A stretch of DNA of 64,000 nucleotides from Mobula hypostoma (GCF_963921235.1 NC_086109.1:9860001-9924000), one strand, 5' to 3'; shown: positions 37,526-50,847, counted from the stretch's first letter. Numbers and translations: made by a program. Notes: generated from the letters alone by a model not told the origin.

Positions 37526-40039
37526 TTTTCTCTTTATCTCTTTGCATTCTAAACCGAAACCTGGAATTCAAAAGCTGTCACTGGCCGCTTGATTATGATT
37601 AAACATCCCGCTGACTTGTCATTAACCTTTATGGAACAAAATCTGTTTTCCTTATCTGTCCCTGTATTCATGATTCCAGCCTCGTATCAACTCAGTTCAG
37701 TCTTAACTCCTCTCTGATGTAGTTTGACCAACCCGGTAAGTCAGGTCCAACAGAAACTGACAAATGAACACCAGTCTGACAGTGACCCACACGCCAATGA
37801 ATGCTTAAACAATGATACAAATTATTGGCAACATCCAAAAAAACCCATTCATCCATCTGTACATTCCTCATTGCTACATTTTGCATTTTACATATACTAA
37901 ACCACTTACTCAAATGAATTATTAGAAATCATCTGTCATAGATAACGAGTACAATGTAGCTGGCATTCTTCATTGTCTTAAAATAGCCTGGAGCTTTCAA
38001 AATGATTTTTACTGGTTTTTACGGAACTCAGTTGAAAGAAATATACAGAGGCTGTGCTACTTCCCGACTCACAGGTCACCGAATGGCTTAGTCCTTTCTT
38101 CCTTAGTCCAATGCAGATCGTCATTTAAATAAAACAAGCAAATCATTTTCTAACTGCAGTATAAGCTACACTCTGACAGTGTACCTGATGACTCATTTCA
38201 CTATTTAAGCAGTGATCAGCAGTCTGTGCGTTCCATTATACTGAGAGGTAATGCACGCTGATTTGTAACACCTGAGTACAAACATAGTCCACCAGAACTT
38301 GTTCATGTTTTGAGGTAAGTTAGTTCCTTGAGTATTTTTAAACTAATGGGATTTAATCCTGACTTAGTATGTATCTATTACATCTTTTATCAATAGTTCT
38401 TAAAGATATTGTTCAATCTACTTATAATAGCCATCAAAGTCAACTAGAATTCTACTTCTAAATTTTAAACCTCAGGGAATGAAACTTGATTCGTGGTTTT
38501 AAGCAAGCACATTGTATTTGTGTGTTGAATATTTATGCAAGACAGGTAAGAATTATATACTCCTGGCTCCTCGTTCTTGTGAATTGTTGGCACTGAAAGA
38601 TTTATAGGGTTTGTGTATTAATACTGAAACACGCTCTTATCCATTTTAACAATTGGAATATCCAAGGATAATCAGATTGCTTCATTTAATTCTATGTGTT
38701 ATGGCACGATGGTAGATCATAAATCTGTGCTCTGCAGTGCTACCTGGCATTTGGCTGTTGTGTCTGAGAAGAAAAATGGGGTATTTGCATCTCAGGAGAA
38801 AATGTTTCAACTGGCGACGGTGCCAGCACAGTTCAAGCAACCCCTGACAGTCGTGAGACACCTGTCCTTCCAACTTATTCCTGCAGTCTCAATACTGACA
38901 ATCAATTCAAAGAATGATCTGAAGAAAATACACACTCAGTAAGAGAACTTTGCAAAGTATTATGTCTGACTTTGAATAGGAAGGTATGGGAACAGCCACA
39001 GTTCCTCTCTCACTCTTTCTTTATAAAGACTCTCATTTAAACCAGCCTTTTATTTATCAACTAAGAATTGGCAAGAGATACCTTTTTGCAAAGTCCTTTG
39101 AACAGGTCAAATGGAAAATACATACTATCGCACTTTTAAAAGTTTGCCAGTGTGTTTGTTCTTACTACAGGGAAAGGTTCTGCATTAGGAAATAAATCAT
39201 TCATTCTACCTTCTGTCCGGTGAAGTTAACACAACTAATTGTACTGTGTAGTCCTTTGCACTCTGTTCCACCCATCAATTCCAGCTTCAAACGGCTGCCC
39301 CCTACTGCAACAATCAGATTGCCATAAATTAAGGTATTATATCCTGAGTGAGACTGGCAATGAATGTCTTAACATACAGATAGCTTTATTGCACCAAGTC
39401 CATGGAACAAATATAATACCACCAAGCTTACTGCATGTAGGATTCCTGTTGATAACAGAAATATGAGATTTGCAAATGACTGAGGCAACCACTCATCCAT
39501 CAGGTTATAGGTAAGGTTTGATTCTAAGTTCCTTTATAGACATACAGTATTTGAAACAAGGTTGTACAATTCTAGGATTTCTACTGAGCGAAGGTTTTTG
39601 CAAACTCATTTAAAACTGTGCACGCTCCTTATTTAAGACATAATCGCTACAGTATGTTAGAATGGGAATTTTGTACCTCTGATCTCTTTTTTCTCCTTAA
39701 ACATGTTTTCTTTCAACATTCTCCTGTGGATGCTTGAACATGTGTTAACATTACTTCATGAATTTTGCTTTGATGACTCACTTGGATGGCCATTGTTCAA
39801 GAATGAGAGTAAGTGATGAGTCAGTATAGATTAACTATTTCTCCCATAGGAGTGTAATCATTGGCCATCTCCCATGTGCACATATTGTCCAACAGGGATC
39901 AGAAGACATATATCAACAAAGGTGAATAAGCAAAGTTTCTTCCTCCTAGTCCAGAGTTATTAGCGTCCAAAAATTATCCAGGTGTTGTGATATGAGTGCT
40001 GAGGAAAGTATAGTACCCATCAGATTTTGTACCAGAACA

Positions 40040-40650
40040 GCACATACGAAATGCTGAAGGTACTCAGCAGGTCAGGCAGCATCTGTGGAGGGGTTATAAA
40101 TGAACGGCTGATGACTCTGGCCAAGACCCTTCATCGGGATTGGACACGAAGAAGGAAGAAGCCAGAAAAAGAAGCTGGAGAGGGGAAGGAGAACAAGCTC
40201 AGGGCATGTAGGGATACAGGGAGAAGGCAGGAGATTGGGGCTGAGAGGGAAATTGGATCAGCCATGATGAAATAGTGGAGAAAACTCGACGGGCCAAATG
40301 GCCTAGTTCTGTGTCTATATCTTATGGTGTTAAGCTGGCAAGTGAGAGGTAAGACCAGATGATGGGGAAGGCGGGAAGGTGGTAGAGAGGGGTTGAGTGT
40401 GAATCTGGGAGGTGACCATCCCTCCTTCCTCTCCCATCTGGCTTACCTACCCCCTGCCAGCTTGCACTCCTCCCCCCACAACTTCTTATTCTGGCTTCTG
40501 TCCCTTTTCTTCTGAGTCCTGAGAAAGGGTCTCAGCCTAAAACTGGTGATTTTCTTCCACTGATACTGCCTGCCCTGCTGAGTTCCTCCTGCGTTCGTGT
40601 GCGCTGCTTTGGATTTCCAGCAGCTGCAGAATCTCTGATGTTTAACATTT
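40040..40650. mobile_element. Inverted Penelope pseudo-LTR remnants with a nested CR1 tail (~40198-40330)
   Basis: Pseudo-LTR motifs in both orientations and a CR1 3' UTR motif. Confidence 0.7.
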
Positions 40651-41029
40651 GGTTCCTGTTCTTGCCCCAAAGCGTCCTGTTACCCTACACTTAAAACGTC
40701 CTCAGCATCCATTGCTCAGCTTCCTTCCTACTACAACATTGCCACTGCATGTATCCCTCAATGGCCTTACCTTCCTCTTCCAACGCCTCACTTCCAACTC
40801 TAACTAATTCATTCTCACCCATGCTTGGGCACTTGGCAAATGAGCCAGGATGCCCCACATATTCAGCAGCCATCAACGTCTCTTCTCCTTTCTACTTTGC
40901 CACTTTGCATTGCTGCTCACAAGAATATTGCTCACTTTAAAATGATAACTTTGAGATAGATTTTGAAGTAAAAATCTCCTGGTGTGAGGTTTTACTTCAA
41001 AATTGTCTCAAAGTTGAGGCTATCTCAAA

Positions 41030-41730
41030 GCTTCATCAGCGGCCTCCTCCACCTTGGTGAGACCCAACATGGGTTGGGGAACTGCTTTGTTGAGCACCTT
41101 TGCTCTGTCCACCACAAAAGGCAGGATTTCCCAGTGGCCACCCATCATAATTCTTACTTCCAAATCCCATTCTGATATGTCAGTCCGTGTCTTCCTCTAC
41201 TACCACGTCAAGGCTGCTCTCGGGTTGGAGAGAAACACTTAATATTCTGTCTTGGTAGCCTCCAACCTGATGGCATGAACATTGATTTCTCTAACTTTTG
41301 GTAATTTCTCACCCTCCCCCTTCTCCCTTTTTCCATTCCCTGTTCTGGTTCCCCTCTTCCCTCTTCTCTTCTCCTCACCTGCCCATCACCTCCCTCTGGT
41401 GTCCCTCCTCCTTCCCGTTCTCCTCAAGCCCACTGACCTCTCCTCTCCGATTCCTTCTCCTTCTTCAGCCCTTTACCCCTTCCACCTATCACCTCCCAGC
41501 TTCTCACTTCTTCCCCTCTCCCCCGTGCACCCACCCTCCCCCTCATTTGGTCTTAATTAACACCTAGCAGCTTGTACTCCCTCCCCTCCTCCCACCCCAC
41601 TTCTTATCCTAGCTTCTTTTCTTGTTATCTCCCTTCCTTTCCAGTCCCGGGGTGAAGGGTCAGCTATTTATTTCCTTCCATAGATGGTGCCTGATCTGCT
41701 GAGCTTCTCCAACATTACGTGTGTGTTGGT
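41030..41730 (+). mobile_element. Penelope-like element 3' part: GIY-YIG endonuclease remnant + pyrimidine tract + pseudo-LTR
   Basis: GLLHLGETQHGLGNCFVEHL...FPVATHHNS, followed by the HLIFCLGSLQPDGMNIDFS-coding segment. Confidence 0.82.
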
Positions 41731-42699
41731 CACAGTGTTACTAATAAACAGTTACCTCTACTTGGGCCATGATGTGGATAAATTTATGTTGCTGTCCAGC
41801 ACATCCAGGTCCTCTAAGAGCTGCTCAATAATGGTATCTCATCAAAAACTGGCCTTACAAATAACTGGGACGATGTGTTAGCATTACATGCTTGTTATAT
41901 ACACAATAAACACACCAAGAACAAATATTCCAGTGCATTAGATACAGTCAAGCTATAAATCCACATTAACGTGTGATCCTGTAGGTTTTAACTGTTGCCA
42001 GAAATTTAAAAGATATAATTATTAACTATTGTGGAATTGGCTTAACCAATCAATGAAGAGGATGGGCGATGGAACATAAACAGGAAGTTGTGGGATGCAA
42101 GTGACCAGATTACATAGCAGGAATGATATGCAAATTTTGACGAACTTTCATATATCTCCTTCCTGAAGTCAGCACAACTCAACCTGGTGTCCTATCTTGC
42201 TCTATCATGCTGACAAATCACCAGCTGATATCCCCACCTCCAGCCGTGCCTTCTTGCAACTAGCATCGAACAGAAGCCTAAAGTCCCACACCACCAGGTT
42301 CAAGAACAAATAATTCCCCTCAACTATTCAGTTTATGTACTTATTTATTAACCACTAAGCTACCGTGCTGCTGTTCTTGAACCAACACATGCACCCTGAA
42401 TCATTGCGATCACTTTGGTTGCTTTATACTAAAAGTAACTGTTATTTTTTTTCTTCTAATTGCATTCTTTCTCGTAAAAATTGTGCATAATTTATGTTTT
42501 TCTTGTGAATGCTGCTTATCTGATGCTATGTGTCTGTGATGTTGCTGTAAGTTTTGAGTACACAGGTACTTGTGTAAATGACAATAACTTCAATTTTGAC
42601 TTTAATATATCCCATAGATATTGAGACTTATGATGAGGAAAGGTGCAACAATAATGTTTCATTAGGAAATTCAGCCACGCAGACAGGAAAAAATGTTCG

Positions 42700-43150
42700 A
42701 AGTTCAAAGTAAAATTTTATTCTCAAAGTACTCATGTGTCACCATTTACAACCCTGAGATTCATTTTCCTGTGGGCATACTCAGCAAATCTATAGAATAG
42801 TAACTATAGCAGGATCAATGAAAGATCAACCAGAGTGCAGAAGACAACAAACTGTGAAAATGCAATATAAAGAAATAGCAATAAATAATGAGAACATGAA
42901 GTAACAAGATAAAGAGCCCTTAATGTGAGATCATTGGTTGTGGGAACACCTCAATGGATGGGCAAGTGAGTGTAGTTATTAGCTTTGTTCAAGGGCCCGA
43001 TGGTTGTGGGGTAGTAATTGTTCTTGAACCTGTTAGTGTGAATTCCAAGGCTCTTGTACCTTCTACCTGATGGCAGCAGGGAGAAAAGAGCATGGCTGGG
43101 TGGTGGGAGTCTCTGATGATGGATGCTGCTTTCCCTCAACAACGTTTCAT
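42700..43150 (-). mobile_element. Rex1/Babar-type LINE 3' end
   Basis: HALFSLLPSGRRYKSL...NRFKNNYYPTTI in ORF 42951-43226. Confidence 0.8.
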
Positions 43151-43229
43151 GTAGATACAGGTACAAGTACAAGTACAGATAGATGTCATTTCTAGTGAGC
43201 AAAAAAGCCAACTGAAGCATTATCATAAA

Positions 43230-43680
43230 AAAAAAGAGATTCTGCAGATGCTATAAATCCAGATCAACTCACACGAAATGCTGGAGGAACTCAGCAGGTC
43301 AGATCTGATGAAAGGTCTTGGCCCAAAACATTGACTGTTTATTCCTCTCCATAGATGTTGCTTGACCTGCTGAGTTCCTCCAGCATTTTGTGTCTGTTAA
43401 ATCTGTTATATGACTTTCTCTTATTGTCTCACTACTGGATATGTAACAGTAATTTAAGGAGTTAAGCTGAAGGTACTAAGCAAATGGGGATTTTTTGATA
43501 TGTTATTTTTCTATACAAGACACCAGTCTTCCCCTCTTCCATTCCAGTCCTGCTGAAGGGTCTCGGCCTGAAATATCAATTGTATATTTCTTCCATATAT
43601 TCTGCCTGACCTGCTGAATTCCTCTAGAATATTCTCTGTTCCTCAAGATTTCTAGCATCTGCAGAATCCCTTGTGTTTAC
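43230..43680. mobile_element. Two Penelope pseudo-LTR remnants with decayed hammerheads
   Basis: CTGATGAAAGG...CCCAAAAC at ~43305 and CCTGCTGAAGGG...CCTGAAAT at ~43550. Confidence 0.75.
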
Positions 43681-45139
43681 CCTAAAAATATTTTTGTCCT
43701 TCTACAATGAATTAACAGTAATAAATCTAAGCTAAAATGAATAAGATGACTGTAGGGATGCAGGATTCTAGTCAATATACCTTCTGAATGGTGGGATATG
43801 AATTGTCCATCCTACAAAGAAGATGCTAGTGAAAAGTAATTTTTGTTGGTGCTATATGTTTCACTTCAGGCTGTTGAATGCGTGTACAATGTATACCCTC
43901 ATCGAAAGGAAGCTAATGAAACCCATTCTGGCTCTCAGTAGAGTAATTAGTCAATAGGAAGATATTGGGAAGGGCCTAATCATGACCCATGCTATTACAA
44001 ATCTGGAGCAGATGATGGATGGGCTGGCATTTTCCTCGTCATTTTTCAGGATTCCAATTATAGAACCATGCAAGAAAGCAAGTACAGTTAAACTGTTAAG
44101 ATATAAAAATATATTTGAACCTTTCTTTAAAAAGGCTAATTAATATATGTTGCTAAAGTTCAAAGTTCAAAACAAATTCATTATCAATGTACATATTGTT
44201 ATCATATACTGTACCACCCTGATGTTAATTTTCTTGCAGCCATTCACAATAAATATAAAGAAGCACAATAGAATTAATTAAAAAAAACACACGCAGCGAA
44301 GATGGACAAGCAAGCAATTTGCGAAAAAAAAAGCAATAGAATGTGTAAAAACAAAAAGAAAGAAAAAAATCATATTAAGTAAGCAATAAATATCGGGAAC
44401 ACGAAATGAAGAGTCCTTGAAAGTGAGTCCACAGAGTTTGGGGACAGTTCAGTGATGGAGTGAATGAAGTTATCTACTCTGGTTCAAGAGCCTGATGGTT
44501 GAGGGGTAATAACTGTTCCTGAACCTGGTATAAGCACCATTTCCAGATATTTGAAACTTTAGTTGATTTTAAATTATATTCAAATCAGCAAAATTAGGGA
44601 GCTTATTGCTTCTATAATGGCATGGAATTCACCTGAGATTTTCACCTTCACTGTGGTAGCAATAATCTGAAGTAAATTGATCCCACCTGTAGTCTTCACC
44701 GTCCTCACCAGATCTGAGACACATTCCGTGCAGAGAAGAGTAAGCGGGACCAACAGCTAACAGAAGTAGTTCCTTTGACATAGAACATCCAGTGTGGCAA
44801 AGTGCACAGAGTCACTTCATAGGAGTGATGTTAAATAGATGACAATATTATAGAGGAAAAAAATGGATCAGCCATGAAGAAATGACAGGGCAGACTCGAT
44901 GGGCCAAATGGCCTAATTCTGCTCCTGTATCTTACGGTCTTATTGTAAATGAAGGTATGAGGATGGAAGAACAAATGTTCAGTCGTAATGGGAGGCTGTG
45001 AACTAGTGGCAGTTTCTTCCTTGTTATTTTTTGGTATTCCAGAATCAGGTTTAATATCACCGGTATATGCATGCAAGAAAGCAGGACAATTTTAACTGTT
45101 AAGATATAAAGATATAATATTTGAAACTTTATTTATAAT

Positions 45140-45500
45140 GAGGGTCGTAGGGTGGAGATAAGTCTCTACCAAAGGAGGTGTAAGGCGTTCCTTCCCTCCG
45201 TTAGCCTGCATGTCACCCTTGGGCAAGGTGTAGCACCTGCTTATCCCCCGATCAGGGTCACTTGAGTCATGGGAGCAGGTGGTGGATGGTCGTATGAGCA
45301 GCTGCTGGATATCACAAGTCCTGGTTATGTGACCACTGATGCCAGGCAGACAATCTCTGATAATGACGGGGTCACCCATCTCGTAAAGGCACTGCCCAGA
45401 AGAAGGCAATGGCAAATCACTCTGTACAACAATTTGCCAGGAACAATCATGGTCATTGGAAGACCATGATCGCTCACGTCATATGACACGGCCCATAACA
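45140..45500 (+). mobile_element. Short non-autonomous element with an RTE/BovB-like segment
   Basis: GAAGGCAATGGCAAATCACTC...TTGCCAGGAACAATCATGG resembles the Bov-A/BovB motif GAAGGCAATGGCAACCCACTC...TTGCCTGG...CCATGG. Confidence 0.55.
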
Positions 45501-46349
45501 AATGATTGATTTATATATGTTGTTAGCATCATGTTCAGACATTTGAAACGTAGGTTGATTTTAACTTGTGCAAAATTAAGGAGCTTATACTTTCATAATG
45601 GCATAGAATTCAGCTGAGGATTTTCACCTTCATTGTGATGACAATGACCTGAAATAATTCCTCCTGTGACCTTCCCTACCAGAGCTGAGACATGTTTCAC
45701 TACTAATTCAGTTTAATTTTTATAAATACATATATTTTCGTAATTTATAGTATATTTCATGTATCATACCATACTGCTGCTGCAAAACAACAAATTTCAC
45801 CACGTGTCAGTGATAATAAACCCGATTCTGATTAACTCAAAGATCACAAACAAAGCTACAACCCACAAGACTAGGAAACTGGAATTGTCTAAGTTGCGAT
45901 TTCTGGCTAGAATGCTCACAACCGGCTGAATGGCCTCCTCCCGCGCCGCAAAATTCCCACGATTCTACGATTCTATGTTTTGTTCCACTGCCCCGTGATG
46001 GGGGAAGGAGAGTTTCTGAATCCAGCTTTCTCGCTGGTGTATTTTACAACCAGCTGAGAGTTAAATAATTGTTTCCCAACTGAAGCACTTCTCTTTGAAG
46101 TGGGGTAGCAACAAACACAGATCAGGTAGCGTGTAATCTTTCAAGCATTGATTGTTTTCTTCAAAGCCCAATATAAACTTGTCAACAGAATGGAACTGTG
46201 AACACAATGCTACGGGGAATGTGAAGTTTTCAAAATGTTGTTTTGATATACACACTTTAGAATAGATCTCAACTGAGCTGCCAGCAGATGTCATAGAAAA
46301 AACTGCAACAAGGGCATTGTATCTTTGCTGTATTAACCTGCTTCCTAGA

Positions 46350-47322
46350 TTTCATTTCAAGAGGACTAGAATATAAAAAGCAAGGATGTAATGCTGAGGC
46401 TTTGTAAGAATCAATCAGACAACATTTGGAGCATTGTGAGCAGTTTTGAGTACCTTACCTAAAAGAGGATGTGCTGGCATTGGAGAGGGTCCAGAGGAGG
46501 TTCATTGGAATGATCCTGGGAATGAAAGGGTTAACCTATTAGGAGCATCTGATGGCTCTGGGCCTGTGCTTACTGGAGTTAAGAATGAGGTGGGGTTCTC
46601 ATTGAAACCTAAAGGGCTAGATAGAGTGGACGTGGAGAGGATGCTTCCTACCATGGGGGGAGTCCAAGACCAGAGGGCACAGCCTCACAATACAAGAATT
46701 CCCTTTAGAATAGAGATGAGGAGGAATTCCTTTAGCAAGAGGGTGGTGAATCTGTGGAATCCACTGCCACAGTCAGCTGTGGTGGCCAAGTCTTTGTGTA
46801 TATTTAAAGTGGAGGTTTATAAATCCTCGATTAGTAAGGGTGTCAAAGTTCAAAGTAAATTTATTATCAAGTACCTAAATAGCATTATATACAACCCTGA
46901 GATTCATTTTCCTGAGGGTATTTACAGCAAAAACAAGAAGCACAAAAGAATCAATGAAGGGCAAACAACCAATGTGCAAAAGACAACAAACCGTGCAAAT
47001 ACAAAAAGAAAAAAAAATATTATTATTGAGCTGAGAAAATAATAAAAATAATAATTACTAGGCCATAATGCAACCGGTCAACATACTCTCCACCACATGT
47101 CAATAGAAGTTTGTCAAAGTTTTAGATGACATGCCGAATCGTTGCAAACTTCAAAGAAAGTAGAGGTGCTGCCGTGCTTTCTTCGTAATGGCACTTATGT
47201 CAAAGGTTAAGGGGGAGAACGCAGAAGAATGGTGTTGAGAGGGTTAATAAATCAGCCTTAATAGAATGGTGAAGCAGACTTGATGGGCCGAATGGCCTTT
47301 CTGCTCCTATGTCTTATGGTCT
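46350..47322 (+). mobile_element. Degenerate CR1 3' part, split by a minus-strand LINE tail (~46846-47198)
   Basis: GLDRVDVERMLP and RRNSFSKRVVNLWNPLP; the CR1 3' UTR resumes at ~47199. Confidence 0.85.
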
Positions 47323-47781
47323 CATTTCTTCATTACTGCCACAGCACTCTCCTGACAAAGAGCGGTTTGGGATATCCTAAAATTGTGAAAAGTGTGGCAT
47401 TTAGGAATCTCTCCTCTACCTCTCCATTGACTGTCTCCGGTTTCCGCTGCCTCGGGAAAGCAGCCAACTTGATCACAGACCCCTCCCATCCCGGTCATTA
47501 TTCTCTCCTCTCTCCTCTTGCATCAGGAAGAAATTACAAAGCATTGAGAACACACACCACCAGAATCAAGGACAGAATCCAAATCAAGTTTAATATGCAG
47601 TGAAATGTGCCGTTTTGTAGCTGCAGTACAGTGAAATAGATAAAAAGAAAAATTACTGAGGTAAAATAAGAAATACGGAAAATAAATAAGGGCAAAGACA
47701 GAGAGTGAAATAGTGAGGTGGTGTTCAAAGCTTCACAGACCATTCAGAAATCTGATGGTAGGGGGGCAAGTTGCTGTTCCG

Positions 47782-48072
47782 GGCACGGCACTGTGGCGAA
47801 GTGGTTAGCACAATGCTTTACAGTCCCAGCAACCCAGGTTCAATTCCTGCCACTGTCTGTAAGGAGCTTGTACGTTCTCCCCGTGACCACGTGGGTTTCC
47901 TCCGGGTGCTCCAGTTTCCTCCCACAGTCCAGATATGTACTGTTTGGTAGGTTAGTTGGTCATTGTAAATTACCCTGTGATTAGGCTAGGGTTATGGCTG
48001 GGGCTGCTGGGCAGCACGGCTTGAAAGGCCAGAAGGGCCTATTCTGCATTGTGTCTTAATAAATAAATAAAT
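47782..48072 (+). mobile_element. V-SINE (HE1-like) with (TAAA)n tail
   Basis: A box GTGGCGAAGTGG, B box GGTTCAATTCC, and V-domain. Confidence 0.85.
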
Positions 48073-48074
48073 AC

Positions 48075-48530
48075 AATGTTGAGGATGGGTCTTCAGGTAC
48101 CTCCTCCCTGATGGTAGTAATGAGAACAGGCTATGTTCTGGGCAGTGAGGGTCCTGAATGATGGATGTCACTCCTTCTGAAGATGTCCTCGATGGAGGGA
48201 GATGAGTGCCAATGCTGGAGCTGGCTGAGTTTACAACTGTCTATAGCGTCTTTTTCAACCCCACGCAGTGGAGCCTCCACACCAGACGGTGATGCAACCA
48301 GTCAGAATGCTCTCCAGGGTTCATCTGTAGAAATTTGCTAGAGTCTTTCGTCAAATTCTAAATTTACGCAGACTCCGAATGAAATGTGGCCACTGGCATG
48401 CCCCCTTAATAATTGCATCAATATGTTGGGACCAGGATAGATCTTCAGAGGCGTTGATACCCAGGAACTTGAAGTTGCTCTCCATTTCCACTGATGAGGA
48501 CTGGCGTGTGTGCCCTCGACTTCCCACTGT
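48075..48530 (-). mobile_element. Rex1/Babar-type LINE fragment (its 3' UTR at ~47575-47775 is separated by the SINE)
   Basis: NFKFLGINASEDLSWSQH in ORF 48351-48599. Confidence 0.8.
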
Positions 48531-48704
48531 TATCAGACTGTTTGACAAATTTCTTTTGTGATGAACATGAACTCCTGGTCTCACAATCGGCCTCACCATG
48601 CTCTAGCACTTTATTTGTCTGCCTGCCCTGCACTTTCTCTGCAACTGCAACACTTTCTTTTGCATGCTGTTACTGCTTTTCTTTTCATAGGACCTCAGTG
48701 TGCT

Positions 48705-49275
48705 GAAGGGCCCTCCGTTGGTCAGGGTTGACCATGGAAGTTGTGACCCTGCTGTCTGCATAATACACAGGCTAGGGCAGTACAATATGGAGGGCATGCT
48801 GTCGCCCATGCAGCAGGCTTCTCCTCTCCACGCAGCTGATGAATCCAATGGGACGGCAGAGATCGATACAGTTTGGCACCAGTGGCATCGCAGGAGTTGC
48901 CAGTCAGCTTTGAACTCAATATAGGACTGTCTTAGGGACCACAGCTCCAGATTTTTCTCTCAGGGTTTACTCCTGAAGCCTTCCTCATGAGTGGGTATAG
49001 CTGCAAGGCAGCAGAGGTTTGAGAACAGAGCCCCCTTTCTCCTTGATGAGCTACCAACCATGGCTGACACGGCTTCCTCGTTTTAAGCTGCCAGTAACCC
49101 GCCTTTGGCCCTTCTCCTGTCAGTAGAAATGGTTCCACCAGGCTGAGTAACTAAGCCACACGTGAAGGCCAGGAGCTGGATTTGGTCGTCAGAGGCTATT
49201 TGAGACGTACACCATTGGGAACATTTAATAGGTAGTCGGAGCTTTGCCTCACCACCACTTCCGGCTATAACAACT
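48705..49275. mobile_element. Unclassified interspersed repeat, inverted paralogue of 24250-24800
   Basis: Reverse-complement similarity over ~550 bp. Confidence 0.7.
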
Positions 49276-49887
49276 TTAAGGAGTCAATGTACTGATTATT
49301 GGTTATGTGTCCACATGGCAAGCAATACAGAGCTTTCCCCAGCATCTCAGTATATGAGACAAAAATAAACCAGTTATTATTAACAATAATTACCAGTTAT
49401 TACCTACAAATCCACTGGTAGGAGAAGTGAACCAATGTCATTTGGCCTTTCTCAGGCCAACATACTGGGGCACTAGTTAACCCAGTTGGCTCTATTGGGG
49501 AGGCCATGGTCACTCAACTCTGAACTCCTGAAATAGATACCCTTTTCCATGCCTTGTTGGTGAAGATAGATAGGAAGATTATACGATGTGCCCAAATCCT
49601 CTTCAAGAAATTTACCAACCCTCTGACTCCTGGTAATACACATAAAAATTGCTGGTGAACGCAGTAGGCCAGGCAGCATCTCCTGGTAATCTCTGGTCTT
49701 TGGCCATTCAGAATGGAGAAGGATAATCAAAAACCTCGAGGCCACACATCAGAAGAATACAGAAGCCCAGTTAAGTGACGAGAGAGAGAGACCACCTCAC
49801 AAACCCCCCCCACCCATCCCACCAGCCACCTCCTCCCCCATTTCATGAAGAGCTGAGGAACCCACATCGATAAAGATTTTTAAGAAT

Positions 49888-50190
49888 AGCTTTATTTGGC
49901 ACATGTGCATTGAAACATATAATAAAATGTGTCATTCGTCAAATCAAATCAGCGAGGATTGTCCTGATGGCAGCCAAGAAGTGTCTCCATGCTTCCGGTA
50001 CCTCAACTCAGTAACCCTAACCATACATCCTTGGAATGTGGGAGGAAAACGGAGCAGTCGGGAGGAAACCCACGTGGTCACAGGGAGAACCAGGAAGTAC
50101 AAACACTTTACAGACAGCGGCGGGAATTGAACCCCAATCTTCCTGCTCACACTCTAAAGCATTGCACTAACCACTACACTACTATGGCAC
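49888..50190 (-). mobile_element. V-SINE (HE1-like)
   Basis: V-domain and B box on the minus strand. Confidence 0.78.
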
Positions 50191-50429
50191 CCTGTATTTG
50201 TCTCATTAGCCTTCCACAAAACTGAAGTGGAAGCAAGAGATCCTTGATTCTGATGGACTACCTAAGAAAGTTTTCGTGGGGGGAGCTAGGATGGTAACTG
50301 GTAACTTTTTATATTCAGTCCCCCGTGGTCAATCATTTAGGATAAGAATTATTCAGCAGGTTATTCTACGTCAACTTCAAAGGAAGAGAACAGATAAGAG
50401 CCCCTCAGAGGGTGATGCATGCACCATAA

Positions 50430-50724
50430 GGTGACACGGTAGTGTAGTGGTTAGCACAGTGCTTTACAGTACAGGCGACCCAGGTTCAATTCCCACTGCT
50501 GACTGTAAGGAGGTTGGACAATCTTCCCGTGACCGCGTGGGTTTCCTCCAGGTGCTCCGGTTTCCTCCTGCAGTCCAAAGACGTCCCGGCTGGTTGGTTA
50601 AATTGCTCGTTGTAAATTGTCACATGACTAGGTCGGGATTAAATCGGGGAATTGCTGGGTGGCAGGGTTCGAAGGACCAAAAGGGCCTACTCCGCGATGT
50701 AGCTCAATAAGTAAATAAATAAAT
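50430..50724 (+). mobile_element. V-SINE (HE1-like) with (TAAA)n tail
   Basis: GGTAGTGTAGTGG A box, GGTTCAATTCC B box, and V-domain. Confidence 0.85.
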
Positions 50725-50847
50725 GTATTGTCCATCCTGAAGGAGGCAGGCTAGAGTCAATGACGTGGCTGAGTCTGGAGTCACATCTCAGATCAGAATC
50801 AGGTTTAATATCATTGGGATATGCAGTGAAATTTGTTGATTTGTAGC

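Noticed and set aside
38744..38918. Minus-strand internal coding exon (TTTTCTTCAG...GTAGCA)
   Set aside because: All three frames contain stops; it could only be terminal or non-coding, and nothing else supports it.
46061..46294. 77-aa minus-strand ORF as a host gene exon
   Set aside because: No homology recognised and no clear donor site; left uncalled.
46446..47042. 198-aa ORF as a gene
   Set aside because: Chimeric read-through of a frameshifted CR1 into an antisense LINE tail.
48835..48862. Hammerhead ribozyme at CTGATGAATCC
   Set aside because: There is no downstream GAAA box or cleavage-site stem.
33690..50500. tRNA genes at A/B-box motifs (~33700, ~37240, ~47790, ~50440)
   Set aside because: They continue into V-SINE bodies and tails; these are SINE heads without an intact cloverleaf.
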